From Eledone cirrhosa (Eukaryota), in assembly GCA_964016885.1 (NCBI GenBank), contig OZ024760.1:5766001-5830000 (forward strand): a DNA stretch of 64,000 nucleotides, written 5' to 3'. Below, in pieces: positions 1 through 14,110 of the stretch (the first letter of the stretch is position 1; each line of letters begins with the position of its first letter). The notes under the pieces are model-generated. The model had not been told where the DNA came from. It saw only the letters and a program-made list of their open reading frames with translations, and did not search any database. A program made the translations under genes and the position numbers.

Positions 1-1079
1 TGAAATACAATATCTGCTTTATGTATTGTATACCTAATTAACATATACTAATTAACATATACTATTGAAATAAATATATAATTTTTAACTTAGTTAACAT
101 ATAATTTATATGCTACTACCGATGTAATACTTTATTTTATTTTTATTTGGGTTTCTTTTCCCTATTATTAACTTTAATTTAGTTATAATGTAATTAATAA
201 TCTACTACTGTTTGACTTCATAATTCTGCTTCAAATATTATAAACCTAACTAATTTACACCTTGGAAATCAATATGTTGACTATCTTTGGTTTAGTTGAC
301 ATATGATTAATGGTATACTTTTTTATTTTGTGATGCATAGATTTCGTATTTCCTAGCATTGAAAATATGTAAGAACATACATTGAATTAAGATATGGAAA
401 ATATTATAGGTTTCTTGAAACATATATTTACTTTGATCCCCTTCTCCAAACCCCCCCCTTTCCCCCATACTATTATCATCTGTTTTTGTAAGTGTATATG
501 TATGAATATATGGGTAGATGGGTGTCTATATAGTTTTTTTGGTATTTATTTCTAGATATAAAAATACATATATGAGCATGTAAATATGAATGTAAGATTG
601 AGTGTGTATATATGATTGTACATACATATGTATGTATATGTATGTATATATATGTATTATATATGTACGTATATGTGAATGTGTGGTATATATATGTGTA
701 GGTATATGTATATATGTGTGCGTATGTGTATGCTTGTATATAGGAATATATATGTGTGTATATATGTATATATGTATATGCGTGTTTGCATGTATGTGTA
801 TATGGGTTCTGTATATATTTGTATGTCTCTCTATTTATATGTTTATCTTCGTATCTATGTGATATATGTGTGTGTGTGTGCATGTATGCATATGTATGTG
901 TTTGTGTGTGTTTGTATGTGTGTGTGTATATATATGTATGTATTTGCGCACACTCACATACACATATATATATATATATATATATATATGTGAGTGTGTA
1001 TGTGTGTCTGTATGTGTGTGCGTGTGTATATATGTGTATATATATATATATGTGTATGTATGTGTATGTGTGTGTATAT

Positions 1080-1119
<40 letters not shown>

Positions 1120-1258
1120 ATATAGGTGTCTATGTGTGAATATATGTCTTTATTCGTATGTGTGTATTTATATATGTTTATATTTAGGTGTATGTATGTA
1201 TGTGTATGTATGTATGTATATGTATGTGTATGTATGTATATGTGTATATGTGTGTATA

Positions 1259-1289
<31 letters not shown>

Positions 1290-1525
1290 TATTCTTTATT
1301 ATTATTGTAATATAACTTATGTGTATATGTGTATAAGTGAGGTTGTGTATGTATATATACTATGTGTATATATAAGGGTAATGAAATGTATATATATATA
1401 TATATATATATATATGTGCATGTCTGTATTTTATGTGTGTGTGTATATATATATATATATGTGTATGTGTGTATATATGTGTGTATATATGCATATATGT
1501 GTACGTGTGTGTATGTTTATATATA

Positions 1526-1557
<32 letters not shown>

Positions 1558-1672
1558 CATCTGGATGTTTGTATGTGTTTTCATGGTGGTATGAGTGTGG
1601 GATATATATGTTTATGTATAAGTATATGTATGTGTATGTATATATATATGAGTCTATGTGTGTGTGTGTATA

Positions 1673-1719
<47 letters not shown>

Positions 1720-2487
1720 ATGTGTGTATGTGTTGCGCGTGTGTGTGTCCGTATTTTTATCTTTTTATATGTGTATGTGTATGTTCGTGTAAATGTATGT
1801 GTGTGTATGACAGTATAGGTATGTGTGTATGTATGTATGTGTAGATATCTCTATGTGCGCGTACATGTACGTATGTGTATGTATATCTGTATGCGTATGT
1901 ACATTATATTATATGTAATATATTTTATTGTTTTTATTTTTTTATTTTTCATAATTTATAGATACATTTATATTAGGCTGTCTGGTCTGACAACCTAATA
2001 CTGACCCCTCCCCCCCCCTCCCACCTAATTTCTGTATCTTGATCTTGAAATGTGTGTACCAGTGTGTTTATGTGAGTGACTTAATTTCTATTTGCTTATG
2101 ATTTTATATCCACATATATAAATGTGAGTGGGGGGTGTGTGTGTGTTTGTGTGTTCGTGGTTATGTGTATATTTATATATATACGCACATGTATGTGTGA
2201 TTATACTGATATGTGTGAGTATGAAAAAAATATATTTATATGCTTGACTACATAAGTATCATTGCGTTCTTATCAGCGCATTAAGCTTACAGAGATATTA
2301 ACCTTGAAATTTTTTATTTGCATCCATCTTTTTAGTATGCACATACATATTATACACACATTATTGTAAAATGTGTGTAGGGTTTTACATGTATATACAC
2401 ACACCAAACTGCTTTTTAACCCTTTGTGTTTTCATTGGTCAATTTTGAACTGATATTTTGAATTGTTGTTATTATCAATAAATATAC

Positions 2488-2642
2488 TTCATTATTTCTG
2501 AAGACGGCGTATATATGAGTTAGGTATGTATATTTAATCTTGATAATTTGTATAATTTTGTATAATTTTGTACATAGATCTGTTAAATATGCATACCAAT
2601 TATAGCACATGTATACCCTAGAAACGATCGTTAAATAGTGAA
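2488..2642 (+). ncRNA. Type I hammerhead ribozyme with very long helix II (PLE pLTR)
   Basis: Helix I TTCATTATTT (2488-97) pairs with AAATAGTGAA (2633-42); core CTGAAGA 2498-2504; ~116-nt helix II; GAAA 2621-24; palindromic helix III ACGATCGT; GUU cleavage triplet ending 2632. Confidence 0.8.
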
Positions 2643-2985
2643 CTTTTTTTGTTTAATATAAGGAATTGTTTGTTCATTATTTGTTTAATATTTTATCTTG
2701 ACTCTGTATACCGTTTATCTTTCACCGAAATTGGATTTTCATTACATCTCTTCTTTCCATGATATCCGGAATACATTGAGTTCTTCATACGGATTGGACA
2801 CTACCGTAAACTCTTGGTAGATTTATCTACATAATTTTGCTCCTATTTTCACGGAAATATTCGTATTTTTGTACTGTATGTGTGTATTAATTTTATATTT
2901 ATGTATATACATATATATATGTATGATTTTGTAAACCCATATACATTTAGTTGAGCTTTTTCAATTGTCCATCATCCATATCACA

Positions 2986-5427
2986 ATGGAAAAACAATAT
3001 TTAGGAACCTCCTTAAAAAACATACCAATACCTTCTAAGGACGACTTCTTACTCCTTATGATTCAGAAAACTAATAATTTTATCAGAAGGGTTAGATGGA
3101 GAGCCTACCACTTTGATAGAAAATCTAAACAAGCAGATCGGAAATATATGTATGATTTCAACACTTACAAGAATCCACCACACAACTTTTTACTTGAAGA
3201 CTTCGAGAAAGACCTTTTTAATTTAATTAAACATCTCAAATTTAAAAAGTATAAATCCGTCTTTCAAAAGGACCTTGATTCTACCCTATTGGACCTAAAA
3301 AAGTCTAAAAAAATCCATGTCCACTCGGACAAAACTGGTAACTTGTATCATATGGATATTGAACATTATAATGAGTTCATATATAAAGAACTCAGAAAAA
3401 GTTATAAAAAATCTAATAATGCGTCACTCACCAATATCAACAACAAAACACACAACATAGTAAAAAAACTAAATATTGAAGATAGAACTGAACCTTTGGC
3501 ATTGAGAAGTCCACACTTCAACCTGAAAGATCACAAATCTAACTTTAACTCTAATCCTTCTATTAGACTTATATGTCCCTCCAAATCAGATATTGGAATA
3601 ATTAGCAAAAAAATTTTAGATAGAGTCATCCCACAAATAAGAAAATACGTTATTTTACCACTCTGGGAAAACACCTCCCAGGTAATTAATTGGTTTAAAA
3701 ATATTAGGTGTAAATCTTCTGCTTCTTTCCTACAGTTTGATATAGATAACTATTATTCTTCTATATCACCCATACTCCTGAACAAAGCATTAATATTTGC
3801 TAAAAATAGATCTAATTTAACTTCGGATGACATTAACATTATTACACATGCTAGACAAACACTTATTGAATTTCAGAATGAATACTGGACCAGAAACACT
3901 TATAGTAATCTTTTTGATATTACTATGGGTTCAAGCGATTCTGCCCAAATTACTGATCTTGTGGGCCTCTTTCTCCTTTTCAACATAAATGCCTCTTTTC
4001 CCCACCTCAAAGGTGGTTTATATCGTGATGACTGTCTTCTTCTTTCTAACAACCTTAGCCTTTCAGAAATCGAAAAAAACAAAAAGCATATTAGAACTTT
4101 CCTTAAGGACTATTATAATCTTAATATTACTTTTGAAAAAACAAGTAAAGTAGTAAATTTCCTAGATATAACTTTAGATTTAGCTACGGGTATATACCAA
4201 CCTTACCATAAACCTAACCAAAACTTACATTACATACACTCACAATCTAATCACCCTAAATCTATCCTTAAAAACCTTGCATATAATATATCACTTAGAA
4301 TTTCTAACCTTTCTTCTAACCAAGATGTATTTGATAAAAATGCGACCTTTTATAATGAAGCTCTAGATAGAAGTGGCCACAAAAATAGATTAGAGTATAT
4401 AACTTCTACTAAAAATACTGAAAACATACAGCATAATATTACCAACAAACACCAAATGAAAGGTACACACCTAAATGCCACCCACAGTATACCCCAAAAT
4501 ACTAAATCTTCTAATATAAAGTATAGTAACCCTCAAAAAACTACTCATCATAAGACTATAATAAATATTAATAATAAAACTCCTAATAAAAAAGATAAAA
4601 CACCTAAATCTACAAATATAACTAAAAATAGTTGTGGTGAGATCATTAACATTATTCCTCCTAGTAAAAATCATGATACAACATATAAAAATAATAAAAA
4701 TAATAAACAACATAGAAACCGTAATAGACGAGTTACTTGGTATAATGCTCCTTTTAATTTACAAGTTAAGGATAATATTGCTAAAAAATTTTTTTATATC
4801 CTTGAGAAAAACTTCCCGCCAAACCACAAATACCATCAAATCTTAAATAGGTCTACAGTTAAATTCTCATATTCTACAACAAATAACATAAAACAAAATA
4901 TAAGTGCATATAATGCATATAAATGTAAGAAAACTATAAGTATACCACCAGTACATCAAATTAACAATAATATCTCCTCAAATACAGAATTAACGAAAGG
5001 ATGTAACTGTAGAAACAAAACAAACTGCCCATTAAAAGGGAATTGTCTTGTTAACAACATAGTCTATAAATGTAATGTTAAAACTAAAGATTCTATTTGC
5101 TCATATATAGGAGCTACCTCTAACAATTTTAAGACAAGGTATAATACCCACAAACATAGCTTTAAAAATGCCGCACTGGCTAATACAACATCTCTAGCAG
5201 AAAAAATCAATAGTTATAAAAATAAAAATATAAAATATGATTTGACCTGGAGTGTGCTCAAAAGAGCCACCCCTTATCAAAATAATAGAAAGGAATGTAG
5301 ATTATGTTCCCAAGAACTATTTGAAATAATGAAGTCTAGGGATATCTTATTAAATAAAAGACAGGAATTAATTATATCGTGTAATCATAAACTAAAAAAA
5401 ACATTTAAATATTATAAACCTAATTAA
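2986..5427 (+). CDS. PLE polyprotein: reverse transcriptase + C-terminal GIY-YIG endonuclease (first ATG 2986; track starts at TTG 2965)
   Basis: N-terminal SLKNIPIPS...RRVRWRA; RT motifs SDKTGN, FDIDNYYSSI, MGSSDSAQITDLVG, GLYRDD, VNFLDITL; Zn-binding CNCR-x4-CPLKGNC; GIY-YIG IVYKC...YIGAT...FKTRYNTHKHSF and CRLC. Uninterrupted. The Naiad assignment is from recalled motif patterns. Confidence 0.93.
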   Translation: MEKQYLGTSLKNIPIPSKDDFLLLMIQKTNNFIRRVRWRAYHFDRKSKQADRKYMYDFNTYKNPPHNFLLEDFEKDLFNLIKHLKFKKYKSVFQKDLDSTLLDLKKSKKIHVHSDKTGNLYHMDIEHYNEFIYKELRKSYKKSNNASLTNINNKTHNIVKKLNIEDRTEPLALRSPHFNLKDHKSNFNSNPSIRLICPSKSDIGIISKKILDRVIPQIRKYVILPLWENTSQVINWFKNIRCKSSASFLQFDIDNYYSSISPILLNKALIFAKNRSNLTSDDINIITHARQTLIEFQNEYWTRNTYSNLFDITMGSSDSAQITDLVGLFLLFNINASFPHLKGGLYRDDCLLLSNNLSLSEIEKNKKHIRTFLKDYYNLNITFEKTSKVVNFLDITLDLATGIYQPYHKPNQNLHYIHSQSNHPKSILKNLAYNISLRISNLSSNQDVFDKNATFYNEALDRSGHKNRLEYITSTKNTENIQHNITNKHQMKGTHLNATHSIPQNTKSSNIKYSNPQKTTHHKTIININNKTPNKKDKTPKSTNITKNSCGEIINIIPPSKNHDTTYKNNKNNKQHRNRNRRVTWYNAPFNLQVKDNIAKKFFYILEKNFPPNHKYHQILNRSTVKFSYSTTNNIKQNISAYNAYKCKKTISIPPVHQINNNISSNTELTKGCNCRNKTNCPLKGNCLVNNIVYKCNVKTKDSICSYIGATSNNFKTRYNTHKHSFKNAALANTTSLAEKINSYKNKNIKYDLTWSVLKRATPYQNNRKECRLCSQELFEIMKSRDILLNKRQELIISCNHKLKKTFKYYKPN

Positions 5428-7236
5428 TAACATTATTCTAGAATTTAATTTAATTTAAATGTTAGTTAACCTATAAATTTAATTTAATTAATATTTTATT
5501 ACAGATGAGAAAATATTATGTAATCATTAATTTTGAAAAACCTTTAAATATTACTAATATATATTCAGTAATTTAATTTATAGATTAATTTTAACTTATT
5601 TTAACCTTTTATTATAATTTTTTAATTTAGTTTAACCTTTTATTATAAAATTTTTTTTATTATAATTCTTTTACAGATAAAATATAACAAAATAATATCA
5701 TGTATCCTATGACGGAGAAAGAATTTTTAGTATTATTGACCTAATTAATATACATTTTGGAAATATATTTATTATTTGGTTTTAGCTTTAATCAACCTAA
5801 AACTTTAATTTTAATTTTAATTTGCTTAAAATTAGTATCCTTGTACAGACGAATTGCAGAATTTCATGTAATCATAGAATGGGAGGTGTTTTTGGATATA
5901 TACCTAGTTAATATATTCTGTGCAAATTTTTTGAAAAAGATATGTATATCTATATGTATATGTATATGTGTGTATTGTATGTGTATCTGTATGTATATTT
6001 ATGTGACTATATATGTATGTATGTGTGTATATATATGTATATATATATATATATATATGTGTATGTATATGTATATGTATGTGTATGTGTATGTATATGT
6101 ATGTGTATGCGTATTAATTTTGATTTTTATTTGCATATAATTATATTATGCTATTGATGAAATACAATATCTGCTTTATGTATTGTATACCTAATTAACA
6201 TATACTAATTAACATATACTATTGAAATAAATATATAATTTTTAACTTAGTTAACATATAATTTATATGCTACTACCGATGTAATACTTTATTTTATTTT
6301 TATTTGGGTTTCTTTTCCCTATTATTAACTTTAATTTAGTTATAATGTAATTAATAATCTACTACTGTTTGACTTCATAATTCTGCTTCAAATATTATAA
6401 ACCTAACTAATTTACACCTTGGAAATCAATATGTTGACTATCTTTGGTTTAGTTGACATATGATTAATGGTATACTTTTTTATTTTGTGATGCATAGATT
6501 TCGTATTTCCTAGCATTGAAAATATGTAAGAACATACATTGAATTAAGATATGGAAAATATTATAGGTTTCTTGAAACATATATTTACTTTGATCCCCTT
6601 CTCCAAACCCCCCCCTTTCCCCCATACTATTATCATCTGTTTTTGTAAGTGTATATGTATGAATATATGGGTAGATGGGTGTCTATATAGTTTTTTTGGT
6701 ATTTATTTCTAGATATAAAAATACATATATGAGCATGTAAATATGAATGTAAGATTGAGTGTGTATATATGATTGTACATACATATGTATGTATATGTAT
6801 GTATATATATGTATTATATATGTACGTATATGTGAATGTGTGGTATATATATGTGTAGGTATATGTATATATGTGTGCGTATGTGTATGCTTGTATATAG
6901 GAATATATATGTGTGTATATATGTATATATGTATATGCGTGTTTGCATGTATGTGTATATGGGTTCTGTATATATTTGTATGTCTCTCTATTTATATGTT
7001 TATCTTCGTATCTATGTGATATATGTGTGTGTGTGTGCATGTATGCATATGTATGTGTTTGTGTGTGTTTGTATGTGTGTGTGTATATATATGTATGTAT
7101 TTGCGCACACTCACATACACATATATATATATATATATATATATATGTGAGTGTGTATGTGTGTCTGTATGTGTGTGCGTGTGTATATATGTGTATATAT
7201 ATATATATGTGTATGTATGTGTATGTGTGTGTATAT

Positions 7237-7276
<40 letters not shown>

Positions 7277-7415
7277 ATATAGGTGTCTATGTGTGAATAT
7301 ATGTCTTTATTCGTATGTGTGTATTTATATATGTTTATATTTAGGTGTATGTATGTATGTGTATGTATGTATGTATATGTATGTGTATGTATGTATATGT
7401 GTATATGTGTGTATA

Positions 7416-7446
<31 letters not shown>

Positions 7447-7542
7447 TATTCTTTATTATTATTGTAATATAACTTATGTGTATATGTGTATAAGTGAGGT
7501 TGTGTATGTATATATACTATGTGTATATATAAGGGTAATGAA

Positions 7543-7573
<31 letters not shown>

Positions 7574-7680
7574 CATGTCTGTATTTTATGTGTGTGTGTA
7601 TATATATATATATATGTGTATGTGTGTATATATGTGTGTATATATGCATATATGTGTACGTGTGTGTATGTTTATATATA

Positions 7681-7712
<32 letters not shown>

Positions 7713-7827
7713 CATCTGGATGTTTGTATGTGTTTTCATGGTGGTATGAGTGTGGGATATATATGTTTATGTATAAGTATATGTATGTGTATGTATATAT
7801 ATATGAGTCTATGTGTGTGTGTGTATA

Positions 7828-7874
<47 letters not shown>

Positions 7875-8642
7875 ATGTGTGTATGTGTTGCGCGTGTGTG
7901 TGTCCGTATTTTTATCTTTTTATATGTGTATGTGTATGTTCGTGTAAATGTATGTGTGTGTATGACAGTATAGGTATGTGTGTATGTATGTATGTGTAGA
8001 TATCTCTATGTGCGCGTACATGTACGTATGTGTATGTATATCTGTATGCGTATGTACATTATATTATATGTAATATATTTTATTGTTTTTATTTTTTTAT
8101 TTTTCATAATTTATAGATACATTTATATTAGGCTGTCTGGTCTGACAACCTAATACTGACCCCTCCCCCCCCCTCCCACCTAATTTCTGTATCTTGATCT
8201 TGAAATGTGTGTACCAGTGTGTTTATGTGAGTGACTTAATTTCTATTTGCTTATGATTTTATATCCACATATATAAATGTGAGTGGGGGGTGTGTGTGTG
8301 TTTGTGTGTTCGTGGTTATGTGTATATTTATATATATACGCACATGTATGTGTGATTATACTGATATGTGTGAGTATGAAAAAAATATATTTATATGCTT
8401 GACTACATAAGTATCATTGCGTTCTTATCAGCGCATTAAGCTTACAGAGATATTAACCTTGAAATTTTTTATTTGCATCCATCTTTTTAGTATGCACATA
8501 CATATTATACACACATTATTGTAAAATGTGTGTAGGGTTTTACATGTATATACACACACCAAACTGCTTTTTAACCCTTTGTGTTTTCATTGGTCAATTT
8601 TGAACTGATATTTTGAATTGTTGTTATTATCAATAAATATAC

Positions 8643-8797
8643 TTCATTATTTCTGAAGACGGCGTATATATGAGTTAGGTATGTATATTTAATCTTGATA
8701 ATTTGTATAATTTTGTATAATTTTGTACATAGATCTGTTAAATATGCATACCAATTATAGCACATGTATACCCTAGAAACGATCGTTAAATAGTGAA
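8643..8797 (+). ncRNA. Hammerhead ribozyme, second pLTR
   Basis: Same sequence as 2488..2642. Confidence 0.8.
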
Positions 8798-8999
8798 CTT
8801 TTTTTGTTTAATATAAGGAATTGTTTGTTCATTATTTGTTTAATATTTTATCTTGACTCTGTATACCGTTTATCTTTCACCGAAATTGGATTTTCATTAC
8901 ATCTCTTCTTTCCATGATATCCGGAATACATTGAGTTCTTCATACGGATTGGACACTACCGTAAACTCTTGGTAGATTTATCTACATATATATATATAT

Positions 9000-9341
9000 A
9001 TGTATGTGTATGTGTATGTATATGTGTGTGTATGTATTTATATGTGTGTGTATGTATGTGTGTATATATATATATCTCTATTAATGCGTGTGTGTATGTA
9101 TATACATATGCGTTTTTTTATTATTATTTTCATTTGTATGTCTGAGTTTGGTGAGGTGGTATTGTTTTTTATGTGTATACACATATATGGAAGCGTATGT
9201 ATTTATTTATATGAGTATAAGTAGGTGCATATGTATGTATGATTATATATCTAATTCTATGTATGAAGGTACATCTATATATATATATATATATACGTGT
9301 GTATGTAAGTTGTGTGTGTATGTATCTTTATGTCTATGTGA

Positions 9342-9389
<48 letters not shown>

Positions 9390-9478
9390 CGATGTGCGTA
9401 TATGTATGTACATGTATGTACATGTATGTGTGTATGTATGTGTATGTATATTTAGATGTATGTGTATGTATGTGTATA

Positions 9479-9533
<55 letters not shown>

Positions 9534-10562
9534 ATATATATATATATATGGATATATATCTTTATTATCTATTTTTTATATATATGTGTATGTGTGTATG
9601 TGTTGCGCGTGTGTGTGTGTGTATATATATCTTTTTATATGTGTATATGTATGTTCGTGTAAGTGTATGTGTGTGTATGACTGTATATGTATGTATGTAT
9701 GTGTGTATGCGTAAATATCTCTATGTGCGCGTACATGTATGTATGTGTATGTATATCTGTATGTGTATGTACATTATATTATATTTATTATATTTTATTG
9801 TTTTTATTTTTTTATTTTTCTTAATTTATAGATACATTTATATTAGGCAGTCTGCTCAGACAATCTAATACTGACCCCTCCCCCCCCTCCCACCAAATTT
9901 CTGTATCTTGATCTTGAAATGTGTGTGCCAGTGTTTTATGTGAGTGACTTAATTTCTATGTGCTTATGATTTTATATCCACATATATAAATGTGAGTGGG
10001 GGAGTGTGTGTGTTTGTATGTTCGTGGTTATGTGTATATTTATGCATATACGCGCATGTATGTGTGATTATACTGATATGTGTGAGTATGAAAAAATATA
10101 TTTATATGCTTGACTCCATAAGTATCAATGCGCATCTTATCAGCGCATTAAGCTTACAGAGATATTAACCTTGAAATTTTGTGTTTGCATCCATCTTTTT
10201 AGTATGCGCATACAAATTATACACACATTATTGTAAAATATGTGTAAGGATTTTACATGTATATACACACACCAAACTGCTTTTAACCCTTTGTGTTTTC
10301 ATTGGTCAATTTTGAACTGATATTTTGAATTGTTTTTATTATCAATAAATATACTTCATTATTTCTGAAGACGGCGTATATATGTGTTAGGTATGTATAT
10401 TTAATCTTGATAATTTGTATAATTTTGTATAATTTTGTACATAGATCTGTTGAATATGCATACCAATTATAACACATATATACCCTAGAAACGATCGTTA
10501 AATAGTGAACTTTTTTTGTTTAATATAAGGAATTGTTTGTTCATTATTTGTTTAATATTTTA
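9000..10562 (+). mobile_element. Diverged third pLTR fragment (PLE subfamily variant)
   Basis: From about 9580 it aligns to the pLTR with many substitutions. It stops at AATATTTTAT in (TA)n, before the normal 3' end. Confidence 0.8.
10355..10509 (+). ncRNA. Hammerhead ribozyme, diverged pLTR
   Basis: Core and helices I/III unchanged. The base of helix II becomes a perfect GTATATATGTGTTA/TAACACATATATAC pair. Confidence 0.8.
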
Positions 10563-10567
10563 TATAT

Positions 10568-10620
<53 letters not shown>

Positions 10621-10707
10621 TATATACATAAATATATATACATAAATATACATAAATATATACACACATATATATATATACATAAATATATATATATATA
10701 TACACAA

Positions 10708-10740
<33 letters not shown>

Positions 10741-11134
10741 CACATAAATATATATATATACACATAAATATATATATATACACATAAATATATATATATA
10801 TATACATAAATATATATATATACATAAATATATATATATATATATACATAAATATATATATATATACATAAATATATATATATATATAGTATTAATTATA
10901 CTATTTATGGTTATGTAAATACAAAAACCTTATGCAGTTATATGTATTTTTTATACATACCCTAAATAGTGGTAGGCAGTAATGTATTACTACCTTATTA
11001 CCAGTAAGTTAAGTAGCTCAATGTAAAAACATCAGATGATTTACAGAGCAGTTATATGAAATATAAGAATCATAATATATATATTTATGTATATATATAT
11101 ATACATAAATATATATATATATATATATATATAC

Positions 11135-11169
<35 letters not shown>

Positions 11170-11203
11170 AATATATATATATATACATATATATATATAC
11201 ATA

Positions 11204-11261
<58 letters not shown>

Positions 11262-11266
11262 CATAA

Positions 11267-11315
<49 letters not shown>

Positions 11316-11319
11316 CATA

Positions 11320-11351
<32 letters not shown>

Positions 11352-11359
11352 CATAAATA

Positions 11360-11393
<34 letters not shown>

Positions 11394-11398
11394 CATAA

Positions 11399-11429
<31 letters not shown>

Positions 11430-11430
11430 C

Positions 11431-11467
<37 letters not shown>

Positions 11468-11498
11468 AATATATATATATATACATATATATATATAC

Positions 11499-11557
<59 letters not shown>

Positions 11558-11558
11558 A

Positions 11559-11581
<23 letters not shown>

Positions 11582-11589
<8 letters not shown>

Positions 11590-11928
11590 TAAAAAAATAA
11601 TGAATAAAACAATGAAACAGTTCCTTATATTAAACAAAAAAAAAAAAAGTTCATTATTTAACGATCGTTTCTAGGATATATATATCCTAGAAACAATCGT
11701 TAAATAATGAACTTTTTTTTTTTTTTTTTTTTGTTTAATATAAGGAACTGTTTCATTGTTTTATTCATTATTTTTTTAATATTTTATCTTGACTCTGTAT
11801 TCCGTTTATCTTTCACCGAAAGTGATTTTTCATTGCATCATCTCTTCTTTCCATGATATCCGGATTACATTGAGTTCTTCATACGGATTGGACACTACCG
11901 TAAACTCTTGGTAGATTTATCTACATAT
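11582..11928 (+). mobile_element. Short PLE 3'-end insertion with inverted 5' segment (fold-back centred near 11680)
   Basis: Variant of the pLTR terminus ending TCTACATA-(TA)n. 11582-11680 is the reverse complement of 11681-11785. Only the 3' half of the hammerhead is present. Confidence 0.8.
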
Positions 11929-12025
11929 ATATATATATTTATTAAGCTCTACGGTTCTTATATATTTGATATATATTTTCCTTATCGAGCCCTCTTTGGA
12001 TTTTAGTCTTCAATTTTATTATTAT

Positions 12026-12070
<45 letters not shown>

Positions 12071-12293
12071 AATATATATATATATATACACAAATATATA
12101 TATATATATATATACACAAATATATATATATATACATAAATATATATATATATATATACATAAATATATATATATACATAAATATATATATATATACATA
12201 AATATATATATATATACATAAATATATATATATATACATAAATATATATATACATAAATATATATATATATACATAAATATATATATATATAC

Positions 12294-12332
<39 letters not shown>

Positions 12333-12525
12333 AATATATATATATACACATAAATATATATATATACACACATAAATATATATATGTATATACATATATA
12401 TATATATGTATATACATAAATATATATATATATATACATAAATATATATATATATATATATACACATAAATATATATATATATATATACATAAATATATA
12501 TAAATACATAAATATATATAAATAC

Positions 12526-12562
<37 letters not shown>

Positions 12563-12603
12563 AATATATATATATATATAAATATATATATATAAATATA
12601 TAT

Positions 12604-12921
12604 GGAGGCACATGGCTTAGTGGTTAGAGCATTGGCCTTGCAATCAAAAGGTTGTGAGTTCAATTCTCAGACCGGGTGATGTGTTGTTCCCTTGAGCAAG
12701 ACACTTTATTTCACATTGCTCCAGTTTACTCAGCTGTAGAAATGAGATGATAGGTGGAGGTGCCACGGCAAAAAAGCACCCAGCACTCACTGTAAATGGG
12801 GTTGGTGTTAGGAAGGGCATCCAGCTGTAGAAACCAAGCCAGAATCAGTTACCGTCTCACCCTTGCAAGCAGGGAAAAAGCGGACGTAAAATGAAATGAT
12901 GATGATGATGATGATGATGAT
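12604..12921 (+). mobile_element. tRNA-derived CORE-like SINE with RTE-derived body and tail
   Basis: A box TGGCTTAGTGG; B box GAGTTCAATTC; CORE-like CCTTGAGCAAGACACTTTA; 3' end CACCCTTGCAAGCAGGGAAAAAGCGGACGTAAAA-(TGA)n shared with the LINE at 24279-24335. Confidence 0.85.
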
Positions 12922-13094
12922 ATACATAAATATTATATATATATATATATACATAAATATATATATACATATACATAAATATAGATATATGGATATAAAT
13001 ATATATACGTATATATATATACATAAATATAGATATATATATATACATAAATATATATATATATATATACATAAATATATATATATATATATAC

Positions 13095-13131
<37 letters not shown>

Positions 13132-13132
13132 A

Positions 13133-13184
<52 letters not shown>

Positions 13185-13244
13185 ATAAATATATATATAT
13201 ATATATATATATACATAAATATATATATATATATATATATATAC

Positions 13245-13311
<67 letters not shown>

Positions 13312-13484
13312 AATATATATATATATATATATATATACATAAATATATATATATATATATACATAAATATATATATATATATATATATACATACATAAAT
13401 ATATATATATATATATATACATACATAAATATATATATATATATATATATATACATAAATATATATATATATATATATATATAC

Positions 13485-13527
<43 letters not shown>

Positions 13528-13554
13528 AATATATATATATATATATATATATAC

Positions 13555-13599
<45 letters not shown>

Positions 13600-13624
13600 C
13601 ATAAATATATATATATATATATAT

Positions 13625-13669
<45 letters not shown>

Positions 13670-13702
13670 TATACATAAATATATATATATATATATATAT
13701 AC

Positions 13703-13757
<55 letters not shown>

Positions 13758-13782
13758 CATAAATATATATATATATATATAC

Positions 13783-13819
<37 letters not shown>

Positions 13820-13840
13820 AATATATATATATATATATAC

Positions 13841-13917
<77 letters not shown>

Positions 13918-14110
13918 TATATGTAGATAAATCTACCAAGAGTTTACGGTAGTGTCCAATCCGTATGAAGAACTCAATGTATTCCGGATATCATGGAAAG
14001 AAGAGATGTAATGAAAATCCAATTTCGGTGAAAGATAAACGGTATACAGAGTCAAGATAAAATATTAAACAAATAATGAACAAACAATTCCTTATATTAA
14101 ACAAAAAAAG

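Larger units (their letters stand above)
1..8988 (+). mobile_element. Penelope-like retroelement (PLE, Naiad-like), copy A: pLTR-ORF-pLTR partial tandem, unit about 6157 bp
   Basis: 1..~2833 is repeated almost perfectly at 6158..~8988 (offset 6157 falling to 6155). The repeats flank an RT+GIY-YIG ORF and each contains a hammerhead motif. The 3' end GTAGATTTATCTAC-ATA runs into (TA)n. The upstream repeat extends beyond the window. Confidence 0.93.

Noticed and set aside
2416-2610. 64-aa ORF repeated four times
   Set aside because: It overlaps the pLTR hammerhead (antisense to the element); its recurrence reflects the repeat, not coding selection.
2986-5760. Selenoprotein/SECIS, as reported for some Naiad PLEs
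   Set aside because: No in-frame TGA, the ORF ends in TAA, and no convincing SECIS was seen by eye.
1-8988. Tandem duplication as a pure assembly artefact
   Set aside because: Cannot be excluded without reads, but the repeat ends exactly at the element's 3' terminus, as expected for PLE pLTRs, and the inverted copy shows the same junction with independent SNPs.
12604-12675. tRNA gene
   Set aside because: A and B boxes are present but there is no proper cloverleaf, and it continues into a SINE body.
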